Source: an uncultured bacterium (lineage in GTDB: Bacteria > Armatimonadota > UBA5829 > DTJY01). From it: 64,000 bases of DNA. Under the pieces are notes generated by a model. That model made no database searches. It saw nothing but the letters and a program-made list of their open reading frames with translations, and was not told the origin of the DNA. The position numbers and the translations under genes were made by a program. This document shows positions 8,833 through 16,606 of the stretch, in pieces; position 1 is the stretch's first letter, and every line of letters begins with the position of its first letter. The DNA lies in assembly GCA_964466715.1 (NCBI GenBank), contig CAYXOC010000003.1, positions 11,106-75,105 on the forward strand, read 5' to 3'.

Positions 8833-9942
8833 TTGGCCCGTGTGAAATTCCTGCACATCGCGGATTGCCACCTCAGCCGCCCGTTCGGATTCCTTCCGCC
8901 GACTCTCGCGGAAGAGCGTCGTCGCGATCAGAGACGCACGCTGGCCAGGGCGGCCGATCTCGTCATCGAGCGCGATGTCGATATGCTGCTCATCGCGGGC
9001 GACCTGTTCGACCGCCCGGACCCGGACCCGACCGACCTGGAGGCCGTGACCGAGCACCTCGCTCGCATCACGTCCACCGGCAGGCGGGTGTTCGCCATCC
9101 CGGGAAACCACGACCCCTGCACGCGGAACAGCTTCTGGCGCAGGCTCGACATGCCCGGACTCCATCTCTTCCTCGAACCCCAGTGCGAGCACGTGATCAT
9201 CGAAGACCTGGGGATCGCGGTGGCGGGATGCGCGTTCGACCGGATGCAGTCCGAGCGGCGGGCGTTCGACGGCCTCGATCTGCCCCGGGACGTGCGATGC
9301 ATTCTGCTCATGCACGCATCCCTGGAGAGCTTCGAGGGGCAACTGGAGCGGTACCATCCGTTCGGGCTGCAGGAGCTCGAGAGGTGCGGGGCGGCATACG
9401 TGGCGCTCGGACACTATCATCGGCTGAACGACTTCAGGGCCGGGAGCGTGACTGCATGCTACCCCGGGAGTCTCGAAGGACTCAGCTTCGACGGCCCTGA
9501 GACCGAGGGCCGGCACGTGGTGGTGGCCGAGATCGATGAGGACGGCGCGGTGAGCATCGAGCCGGTCAAGATCAACATGCGCACGATGCGCACGGCCGAG
9601 ATAGACTGCACATCGTTCGAGTCTTCCTCGGCGCTCGATGACGCCATCCGCAGGCTGTGCGATCCGGCCGCGCTGGTGCAACTCCGGCTGCGGGGGACGC
9701 CCGTGCAGGAGTTGACAGCCTCCATAGACGAGATCCAGGCCCGATTCAGGGAGTCGTGCCATTACATTAGCGTTGACACCTCCGGCCTATCCAGCCCTCA
9801 GGGAATCCACCTCGACAGCAGCATCCGAGGGCGGTTCTGCAGGTACCTCTTGGAGCAGATCGAGAGCACACCGGATGCGGAGCGGCAGCGGCTCCTCCGA
9901 AGGGCGCTCGACCTCGGTCTCGCGGCGCTCTCGGACGGTTGA
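8833..9942 (+). CDS. SbcD/Mre11-family metallophosphoesterase (YhaO-like DNA repair exonuclease)
   Basis: TTG start 8 nt after GGAG. Phosphoesterase motifs: FLHIADCHL, IAGDLFD, IPGNHD, GHYH. Confidence 0.85.
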   Translation: MARVKFLHIADCHLSRPFGFLPPTLAEERRRDQRRTLARAADLVIERDVDMLLIAGDLFDRPDPDPTDLEAVTEHLARITSTGRRVFAIPGNHDPCTRNSFWRRLDMPGLHLFLEPQCEHVIIEDLGIAVAGCAFDRMQSERRAFDGLDLPRDVRCILLMHASLESFEGQLERYHPFGLQELERCGAAYVALGHYHRLNDFRAGSVTACYPGSLEGLSFDGPETEGRHVVVAEIDEDGAVSIEPVKINMRTMRTAEIDCTSFESSSALDDAIRRLCDPAALVQLRLRGTPVQELTASIDEIQARFRESCHYISVDTSGLSSPQGIHLDSSIRGRFCRYLLEQIESTPDAERQRLLRRALDLGLAALSDG

Positions 9943-9946
9943 CGAC

Positions 9947-12052
9947 ATGGAACTGCTTGAACTTCAGTTCGAGAACTTCAAACGATTCGTGGAAGCGCGG
10001 TTCGCCTTCGGACCCGGAATCAACGTGCTGTGGGGACCCAACGAGTCCGGCAAGTCCACGATCCATCAGGCGATCTACACGATCCTCTTCGGCAAGGAGA
10101 GGAACCAGATCGTCGAGCACTGGGACGGGGGACGCTGCGCCGCGTCGTTGACCTACCGGAGCGGCCGAAAGACCTTCGTCCTCAGCCGGCGGTTCTCCGA
10201 GGCGTCGTGCAGCCTGGGAACGCTCACCGCCACCGGAGAACTGGTCGATATCATCACCGACAAGGACGCCGTCGCCGAGATGGTGGCGGACCACATCGGC
10301 ATCTCCCAGAAGGCCGTGTTCGACAACACGGTGTCCGTGCGCCAGTCGGAGATCAGCAAGCTCAACGCCGCCAACCTGACCGCGATCGGGAACGAGATAC
10401 AGCGCGTGCTGACCGGCACGGAGCAGACATCCGCGAGCGAGGCGGTGAAAAAGCTCAAGCGCGCCCAGGCCGACATCATCGGCAAGGCGCGGCCGGCCAA
10501 GCCGAGGGAATACGACACCATCACGAGCCGGCTGCAGAGTCTCGCCGCCGAGGTGGCGCAGGTACGGCAGATCAGAGAGCATGTGGAGAGCCTGAAGTCG
10601 GAGCAGGAGCAGCTCGAGTCGCGCATCGAGAAGGACTCCGAGCGGCTGAAGGCGCTGACCGATCTCCTGGACCGCCACAAGGGGTGGTCGGAGCTCAAGA
10701 GCCGGGTGGCCGAACTCGATGCGCTCCACGGCGAGGCTTACGGCACTCTGAAGCGGCTGAAGGAGCTGATCGACGAGTTGAGCCAGACTCACCGGCAGAT
10801 CGAGAACTACTCCGATCTGATCGGCAAGGCGGACGAGATATCGGACAACCTGACGAAGCTGGAGAGCCGGCGTGGCGAACTGGAGTCCAGGTTGTGGGAC
10901 CTGGAGAAGGCGATGCAGGAGTCGCCCGTGACGTCGAAGAGACGGCCGGTACCGTGGCTGGCGGGAGGGATACTGCTGGCGGCCGCGGGCATCGCCCTCG
11001 GGATCCTGCTCGACCTCCGATGGCTCGCGCTGCTGATACCGTCGGCGGCGCTGATCATCGGGTACGCCAGACTGCAGGGCAGCGTGGTCACGGGCGAACA
11101 GAGCCAACTCGCGCAGCTCTTGGACGCCGCAAAGCAGGAGATGAGCCAGGTCGAGGCCGAGGAAGCAAACATCCTGAGCTACATGAAGTGCCCGAACACG
11201 GCCAGAGCATGGTCGAAGATCAAGGCATACCGGTCGCTCGTGGCACGGGCGCACGAGTACGAGATCGCGCTGAAGGCGACGCTGAACTCCCGATCGATGG
11301 AGGAGTGGGACTCGCAGGAGTCCGAGCTGGCGCGCGAGCTCTCCGTGCTCAACCTCCGCCTCAAGGAGGAGTTCCCGGACTATTCGCCGACGACTGAGGA
11401 GACGGAGAGCTGGCGGGGTGAGTTCCAGATGCTCCAGCAGAGGCTTCCGGCTTCGCAGGCGCGGCTGCATGAGGTGAAGGGCGAACTCGAGGCCGAGAAC
11501 CGGAACGCCCGAGACCTGGCCGCGCTGGAGGGCGAACTGGAGTTCCTGCACGGCAGGAAGCGGGACCTGGAGTTTCTGCACAAGGCCTACGGAGAGGCAA
11601 TCTCCGCGCTGGAGACCGTGACTCAGGATGTCTCCGCCGAGTACCTGCCGGTGCTCCGCGAACGGGCGACCGAGTGCCTGGAGGATATCACCGGCGGGCG
11701 GTACAGCTCGGTCGAGATCAGCCCCGACTGGCAGATCACGCTCGATTGTGCCGATCACAGCGGCGTCTCCCCGGGCATAGTGAGCGCGGGCACGCTCGAC
11801 CAACTCTACTTTGCGCTCAGGCTGGCATGCGGCGAGCTTCTCTCGGCGGGGCGGTCGCTCCCGGTGATCCTCGACGATCCGTTCGTAAACTGCGACCGGG
11901 AGAGGCTGGACAGCATGCTGAAGATGCTGACCGACATCTCCAGCCGCAACCAGGTGTTGCTGATGACGCACGATCGGCATATCCTGGAGTGGGCGCGCGG
12001 TCTGCAGACCGAAGGACGCGTGCCGTGCACGATACATGAACTTGCCGTATAG
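9947..12052 (+). CDS. SbcC/Rad50-like AAA ATPase with coiled coils and a central hydrophobic hairpin (YhaN-like)
   Basis: ATG at 9947, 4 nt after the SbcD-like stop (internal Met of ORF 9773..12052). Walker A GPNESGKST, long coiled-coil regions, signature-like SAGTLDQLYFALRLA and Walker B LPVILDDPF. Two TM-like segments are encoded at about 10950-11070. Confidence 0.85.
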   Translation: MELLELQFENFKRFVEARFAFGPGINVLWGPNESGKSTIHQAIYTILFGKERNQIVEHWDGGRCAASLTYRSGRKTFVLSRRFSEASCSLGTLTATGELVDIITDKDAVAEMVADHIGISQKAVFDNTVSVRQSEISKLNAANLTAIGNEIQRVLTGTEQTSASEAVKKLKRAQADIIGKARPAKPREYDTITSRLQSLAAEVAQVRQIREHVESLKSEQEQLESRIEKDSERLKALTDLLDRHKGWSELKSRVAELDALHGEAYGTLKRLKELIDELSQTHRQIENYSDLIGKADEISDNLTKLESRRGELESRLWDLEKAMQESPVTSKRRPVPWLAGGILLAAAGIALGILLDLRWLALLIPSAALIIGYARLQGSVVTGEQSQLAQLLDAAKQEMSQVEAEEANILSYMKCPNTARAWSKIKAYRSLVARAHEYEIALKATLNSRSMEEWDSQESELARELSVLNLRLKEEFPDYSPTTEETESWRGEFQMLQQRLPASQARLHEVKGELEAENRNARDLAALEGELEFLHGRKRDLEFLHKAYGEAISALETVTQDVSAEYLPVLRERATECLEDITGGRYSSVEISPDWQITLDCADHSGVSPGIVSAGTLDQLYFALRLACGELLSAGRSLPVILDDPFVNCDRERLDSMLKMLTDISSRNQVLLMTHDRHILEWARGLQTEGRVPCTIHELAV

Positions 12053-12067
12053 CAGTCGGGCATGGGT

Positions 12068-12101
12068 GTGTGGGAGTCCTGATTCACCCATTCTCCCACA
12101 C
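12068..12101 (+). terminator. stem-loop after the SbcC-like gene
   Basis: GTGTGGGAG / CTCCCACAC, a 9-bp stem with a 16-nt loop, 16 nt after the stop. Confidence 0.45.
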
Positions 12102-12136
12102 TCCCAAACTCTCACACCCCCGAACAGGAAGGATCC

Positions 12137-13075
12137 ATGACCACAGATACGCCCCACCCCATATCGATCTCGACCGCCTGGAATGCGATGAAGCACACGT
12201 CGGGACGCGAGATGGCCGCCGAACTGCTCGGCCTGGGCTTCGACACTCTGGAACTCGACGTTCACGTCACTCGTAAGATGATACAGGAAGTGCGGGAGAT
12301 GGTGAGCGACGGCGAGGTGCGCATCTCCAGCCTGCACAACTACTGCCCGCTCCCTGACGGCATCCCGCGCGAGATCGCGGGCGGTGACGCGCTCATGCTG
12401 TCGTCACCCGATCCGAAGGCCCGGCGCAGAGCAGTCGATAATGCCCGGACAACCGTGGACTGGGCGGCGGAACTCGGCGCAAAGGCGGTCGTGCTGCACC
12501 TGGGGAGGCCGTACCTGATTGCCGATCAGCGCACTGCCCTGCGGCTTATCGAGGTCGGCATGACCGAGCAGGCGGTGGAGCTGATCCGGCTCGGTCTGGC
12601 TGAGCGGGAAACGATCAAACAGCCGCACCTCGACAGCGTGATCGAGAGCGTGCGCGACCTCGCGGACCATGCGAGGGGCACGGGCGTCCGACTGGGGCTG
12701 GAGACACGGTACTACTGCTTCGAGTTCCCGACGTGCGACGAGCTTGCAGTCATCTTCGACGCGGTAGACTCGCCGGAGGTCGGTTACTGGCATGACACCG
12801 GTCATGCGTACGTACAGGAGATCCTTGGTGTCGCCACCCAGCGCGATTTCCTGAGCAGATACGGCGACCGGCTGATCGGAATGCATCTACACAACGGCAT
12901 CGACGGATCGGATCACTGGCCGATCACCCGCGGGGAAATAGGCTTCGAGGAGATCGTGCGGTACGTCCAGGACGATACGGTGCTCGTACTGGAGATCCAC
13001 AAGGGCGACGACACGGAGCTCGTGCGGAGCCGGGAACTCATGGAAAGACTTGTTGCAGACAGAGGTGCCTCATGA
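12137..13075 (+). CDS. sugar phosphate isomerase/epimerase (xylose isomerase-like TIM barrel)
   Basis: AGGAAGGA upstream of the ATG. Motifs GFDTLELD, AVVLHLG, RLGLETR and GMHLHN are typical of the AP_endonuc_2 family. Confidence 0.8.
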   Translation: MTTDTPHPISISTAWNAMKHTSGREMAAELLGLGFDTLELDVHVTRKMIQEVREMVSDGEVRISSLHNYCPLPDGIPREIAGGDALMLSSPDPKARRRAVDNARTTVDWAAELGAKAVVLHLGRPYLIADQRTALRLIEVGMTEQAVELIRLGLAERETIKQPHLDSVIESVRDLADHARGTGVRLGLETRYYCFEFPTCDELAVIFDAVDSPEVGYWHDTGHAYVQEILGVATQRDFLSRYGDRLIGMHLHNGIDGSDHWPITRGEIGFEEIVRYVQDDTVLVLEIHKGDDTELVRSRELMERLVADRGAS

Positions 13076-14145
13076 AGAAGCTTGCCATCCTGATGCTCGT
13101 GATTCTCACGACCGCATCATGTTCGAAAGCCAACACGCCGGTCGAAACCAAGGCTGCCGGGCCGACGAACGTGCTCGTCGTCATCAACGACAACAGCGCC
13201 ACGTCGAAAGAGGTCGGCGCGTACTACGCGGAGAAGCGCAACATCGCTGAGAAGTACATCGTTCACATCAAGTGTCCGGAGATCGAGCGCATCTCCACCA
13301 GCGATTACCCTACCCAGATCGAGAAACCCATCAAAGAGTATATCCGCAAGAACGGGCTGAAGATCGATTACATCGTCCTCACCAAGGGGGTACCGTTCGC
13401 CACGACCAAGCACTACTCGGTCGACGGCCTGCTGGCATGCATGGACGGTGAACTCGACCACCACAAGGTGGAGGGCCCGCTGGTGAATCCCTATTTCGAC
13501 AAGAACGAGCATTTCTCCCATGACAAGTTCGGCCTGTACCTGGTCACCCGCCTGGATGGATACACGAAGGAGGATGCCAAGGCGCTGGTCGACCGCGCGC
13601 TGGCGGCTCGGCCGAACAAGCAAGTCTTCCTCCTCGACATCGATCCGAATCGGTACAAGCCCGGGTACAAGGAGTACAACGACGACATACGAAAGGCGTC
13701 CGAGATCCTCAAAGCCCGGGGATTCGGAGTGACGCTCGATACAACCGAGGAGTTCGTCGGAAAGCGCAACAACCTGATGGGCTATTGCTCGTGGGGCAGC
13801 AACGACCGCTACTTCGACAAGGAGAAATATCGCGGGAACAGGTTCCTGCCCGGATCGATCGCAGAGACGGCGGTCTCCACCAGCGGGAGGACGTTCGTGC
13901 CGACCGAGGAGGGACAGTCGCTCATAGGCGACCTGATCAAGACCGGGGTTACCGGCGTGAAGGGCTACTGCAGCGAGCCGACTCTCGCCGCGATCGCGAG
14001 CCCATCGATCCTCTTCGATCGCTACGTGTCCGGCTACAACCTCGCGGAGAGCTTCTACATGGCGTCGCGTTGCATCTACTGGAAGGACATCGTGGTCGGC
14101 GATCCGCTCACTGCGCCGTATGCGAAAGAGGCCGAGAAGGGTTAG
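13072..14145 (+). CDS. hypothetical lipoprotein (possibly TIGR03790-type; family assignment uncertain)
   Basis: ATGA start/stop overlap with the upstream isomerase gene. Signal peptide with Cys (MKKLAILMLVILTTASC). The C-terminal WKDIVVGDPLTAPY motif is recalled from an uncharacterised family found in Planctomycetes and Verrucomicrobia. Confidence 0.6.
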   Translation: MKKLAILMLVILTTASCSKANTPVETKAAGPTNVLVVINDNSATSKEVGAYYAEKRNIAEKYIVHIKCPEIERISTSDYPTQIEKPIKEYIRKNGLKIDYIVLTKGVPFATTKHYSVDGLLACMDGELDHHKVEGPLVNPYFDKNEHFSHDKFGLYLVTRLDGYTKEDAKALVDRALAARPNKQVFLLDIDPNRYKPGYKEYNDDIRKASEILKARGFGVTLDTTEEFVGKRNNLMGYCSWGSNDRYFDKEKYRGNRFLPGSIAETAVSTSGRTFVPTEEGQSLIGDLIKTGVTGVKGYCSEPTLAAIASPSILFDRYVSGYNLAESFYMASRCIYWKDIVVGDPLTAPYAKEAEKG

Positions 14146-14161
14146 CGCGTGTCCGTAAGGC

Positions 14162-14236
14162 GTTGTAGGAGCGGCTTCCCAGCCGCGAATTCGTGGCGCT
14201 ACGCGGGCATTCGCGGCTGGGAAGCCGCTCCTACAA
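14162..14236. repeat. REP-like palindromic element (intact copy)
   Basis: Perfect 29-bp inverted arms GTTGTAGGAGCGGCTTCCCAGCCGCGAAT / ATTCGCGGCTGGGAAGCCGCTCCTACAAC around a 17-18-nt loop, 17 nt after a gene stop. A decayed second copy lies at 25678-25752. Confidence 0.9.
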
Positions 14237-14313
14237 CACTCTTGAAATGCGCTCCGGGGCTCGCTGTATTGCAGTCCAATCCGACGATTCGCCAGTTTTT
14301 TTGCGAAAAGGGG

Positions 14314-14342
14314 TTGACAAGCCTGGCAGGGTGTGGTATATC
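14314..14342 (+). promoter_or_regulatory. candidate sigma70-type promoter (extended -10) of an orphan RNA gene
   Basis: TTGACA (14314-14319), 17 nt, TATATC (14337-14342), with TGg immediately upstream of the -10. Confidence 0.55.
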
Positions 14343-14348
14343 TAGGAC

Positions 14349-14530
14349 ATAATTGAGCGCCGAGTTCCCGCAAGGGAATCGGGGGACCCGACTATGCCAT
14401 GGGGCGAATCTCGTGCATGGCCACGAGTAGGACAGCTTTTCGGTCCGAGCCCGCCAGCTAACCCCGTAGGTGCGGTTCGAAGAGCAAAAGCAACGCATCA
14501 CTTGGCTCTTCTGTGATGCGTTGCTTTTTT
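14349..14530 (+). ncRNA. candidate ~180-nt structured small RNA, class unknown
   Basis: Bounded by the promoter above and a strong intrinsic terminator, with no credible ORF. Hand-folded helices include a GNRA-capped 9-bp hairpin (14360-14382), the helix GGACC(C)GA/TCGGTCC (14384-14391 : 14440-14446) and a C-rich loop hairpin (14451-14475). The 5' end is inferred, not measured. Confidence 0.5.
14486..14530. terminator. rho-independent terminator, bidirectional in shape
   Basis: AAAA-GCAACGCATCA (13-nt loop) TGATGCGTTGC-TTTTTT, a perfect 11-bp stem flanked by an A-tract and a T-tract. It could also terminate the converging minus-strand yraN operon. Confidence 0.8.
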
Positions 14531-14660
14531 GTATGTCCGCGTGGAAACACGAATGGCACGGATGGACGGATAAGGAAAAGCCTGTGATCGTCTTTCGAGA
14601 TAGCCGGGAGTGGCAGGCGGACACTCATGCTGCCGAGACAGCCGCGAATGCAGGGAATGA

Positions 14661-14879
14661 TCACCATCCGAAGATGGTGCGGAATTGCATGAGGGCGAAG
14701 ACCAGGGCGAAGGCGATTATCACCACGACGGCGAAGACCTGAAGCCGTCTCCTCCTCCGACGCTCCGCCGCCTCGAACGGCATCCAGACCTCGTAGTCGT
14801 GCTCGTTCTGGTCGTTTACTCCATAGATGTCTTCCTCATCGGGAATCCGCTCTTTGCCTTCATCGAAATGCCAGTTCAT
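14661..14879 (-). CDS. small hypothetical membrane-anchored protein
   Basis: 72-aa ORF whose ATG overlaps the yraN TGA (ATGA at 14876-14879). Acidic N-terminus, RRRRRR stretch, then one C-terminal TM helix (VFAVVVIIAFALVFALM). Confidence 0.5.
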   Translation of the reverse strand: MNWHFDEGKERIPDEEDIYGVNDQNEHDYEVWMPFEAAERRRRRRLQVFAVVVIIAFALVFALMQFRTIFGW

Positions 14880-15265
14880 GGGTGCTGGTAACCTGCTTCC
14901 TCCGCCGAGAATGCTCCCTTGATGACCTCCACTGTCACCGGCCTGCCGTTCACGAAGTACACCTCGGCGACGTCGAACCGGCAGCCGACCTCGCCCAGGC
15001 CCCGCTCGTCGAGGTAGTTCAGCGCCGTCCGGACGATCCTGCCGCGCTTGCGGAAGCCGACAGCCTCCGAAGCCGCGGAGTCGGTGTCACTGCGCCGCGT
15101 CTTGACCTCGACGAACACGAGGTCGCCGCCGTCGCGAGCGACGATGTCTATCTCGCCCATCCGGCAGTGGTAGTTCCGCTCGACGATCTCGTAGCCCTGA
15201 GACTCTAGGTATCGAACAGCTCGGTCTTCGCCATGCCGTCCGAGAGCAGACCTTGGGGTTCCCAA
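14876..15265 (-). CDS. yraN: YraN-family (UPF0102) endonuclease-like protein
   Basis: C-terminal part of ORF 14876..15688. The TTG at 15265 lies 11 nt after AGGAGG (revcomp of 15277-15282). Motifs: GEDRAVRYLESQGYEIVERNY, GEIDIVA, FVEVKTR. Overlaps the 3' end of rnhB by 61 nt in another frame. Confidence 0.8.
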   Translation of the reverse strand: MGTPRSALGRHGEDRAVRYLESQGYEIVERNYHCRMGEIDIVARDGGDLVFVEVKTRRSDTDSAASEAVGFRKRGRIVRTALNYLDERGLGEVGCRFDVAEVYFVNGRPVTVEVIKGAFSAEEAGYQHP

Positions 15266-15897
15266 AGCGGGTTGATCCTCCTGGCGACGGGCGCGAAGGA
15301 CTTTCTGTGGATCGCGCACGCTCCGTACTTGCTCAAGCTCTTCATATGCTCCGGCGTGGGATATCCCTTGTGCCGGGCGAATCCGTATTCCGGGTACAGG
15401 GCATCGTACTCGCACATGATCCGGTCTCGCGTCACCTTGGCGACGATGGAAGCCGCCGCGATGCTGATGCTCTTGCAGTCGCCGTCGACTATGCACTCGT
15501 GAGCGTGCCCGAAGCCGCGGATCGGGCTGCCGTCTATCAGGCAGAAGTCCGGACGCACGCCCAGCTTGCTGACGGCGATGTGCATCGCCCGATAGGTGGC
15601 CTGCAGAATGTTGATGCGATCGATCTCGTCGTGGCTGACGATGCCGATCCCGACGTGCAGGGCGGCGGACCGGATCCTCTCGAAGCACGCCTCACGCTGC
15701 TCCGCGCTGAGCTGTTTCGAGTCGAAGACGCCCTCGATTGCGCAGTCGAAGGGGAGGATCACCGCGGCGGCGACTACCGGACCGGCGAGCGGACCACGGC
15801 CCGCCTCATCGATGCCGGCGATCGCATGGTGACCGCGCGACACGGCGGCGCGTTCGAAGAACCACAGGTCAATGCTGTCCCGAGATAGTCGTGGCAT
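15205..15897 (-). CDS. rnhB: ribonuclease HII
   Basis: Motifs: IAGIDEAGRGPLAGPVVAAAV, DSKQLS, SIAAASIVAKVTRD, GYPT. Confidence 0.95.
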   Translation of the reverse strand: MPRLSRDSIDLWFFERAAVSRGHHAIAGIDEAGRGPLAGPVVAAAVILPFDCAIEGVFDSKQLSAEQREACFERIRSAALHVGIGIVSHDEIDRINILQATYRAMHIAVSKLGVRPDFCLIDGSPIRGFGHAHECIVDGDCKSISIAAASIVAKVTRDRIMCEYDALYPEYGFARHKGYPTPEHMKSLSKYGACAIHRKSFAPVARRINPLWEPQGLLSDGMAKTELFDT

Positions 15898-15944
15898 GTG
15901 GTCTTTGGCGCGGACGCGTGTGAGGACGCACGCCTCTCCCTTAG

Positions 15945-16577
15945 CTAGTGGAGTGTCCCGAACCTGGCGGGCGGCCAGAAGCGCACCATCGCCTTCCCGA
16001 TGACGCGCTTTCGCTCAAGCGCGCCCCACATATGGCTGTCCCGGCTGTCGTTCCGGTTGTCGCCGAACACGAACAGCTTGCCTTCGGGGACCTTAGTCGG
16101 CTCCATGGTGTAGCCGATCTCGTTGTCATTGAGGTAGGGCTCGTTCATCCGCTTGCCGTTCCGGTAGAGCGCCCCCTTCTTGACCTCGATCACATCACCG
16201 GGCAGACCTATGAGCCGCTTGATGAAGTCCTTTTCGGTGTGGTCGTCCGTCGCAGCAGGCGGAGCCTTGAAGACGATGATCTCACCGACTCGCGGCTCGC
16301 GGAACCGATAGATGAACTTGTTGACCAGGATGTGGTCGCCTTCCCTCAGGGTCGGATACATGGAGGGGCTCGGGATGAAGAATGCTTGGACGACGAACGG
16401 CCGGATGAACAAAAAGACCAAGGCAATCGCCATCAGAGCTGATTCGACCACCTCGGCCATCGATCTTGCCAGCGGAGTCTTGTACCTGCCGATGATGAGA
16501 CGTGCGATGAGAAGCATCACGATGGCCGCAATGATGTACCCTATGCTGACATTTGCGAGCCATTCGGTCATTCTCAT
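15945..16577 (-). CDS. lepB: signal peptidase I (copy 1)
   Basis: N-terminal TM helix, Ser box IPSPSMYPTL, KRLIGLPGD, GDNRNDSRDS. Confidence 0.9.
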   Translation of the reverse strand: MRMTEWLANVSIGYIIAAIVMLLIARLIIGRYKTPLARSMAEVVESALMAIALVFLFIRPFVVQAFFIPSPSMYPTLREGDHILVNKFIYRFREPRVGEIIVFKAPPAATDDHTEKDFIKRLIGLPGDVIEVKKGALYRNGKRMNEPYLNDNEIGYTMEPTKVPEGKLFVFGDNRNDSRDSHMWGALERKRVIGKAMVRFWPPARFGTLH

Positions 16578-16606
16578 GCCTGGCTAAGTGCCCCCGGTTC
16601 CGACTG

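Noticed and set aside
7846-12337. Very long ORFs on the opposite strand or in alternative frames. Examples: 7846..9762 (-), 638 aa; 9767..12337 (-), 856 aa. Similar cases are 264..1145 (-), 1761..3041 (-), 23860..25332 (-), 56477..58156 (+) and 59620..61242 (+).
   Set aside because: They lie antisense or out of frame to genes with clear family motifs. Their products are Arg/Pro/Gly/Ala-rich low-complexity sequence with no recognisable domains. Stop-codon-poor alternative frames are expected in GC-rich DNA.
14349-14530. Assignment of the orphan RNA to 6S RNA, tmRNA, a Y-RNA/tRNA-like RNA or a riboswitch.
   Set aside because: The 5' and 3' ends do not pair into a 6S-type rod. There is no tag ORF or CCA-type acceptor end. 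The GGTTCGAA at 14474-14481 has no flanking T-arm complementarity. No + strand gene lies downstream for a riboswitch to control. The class therefore stays unknown.
14470-14742. ORF 14470..14742 (+), 90 aa, as a protein-coding gene downstream of the RNA promoter.
   Set aside because: It starts inside the structured RNA and runs through the intrinsic terminator. It has no ribosome-binding site and overlaps the better-supported minus-strand small ORF.
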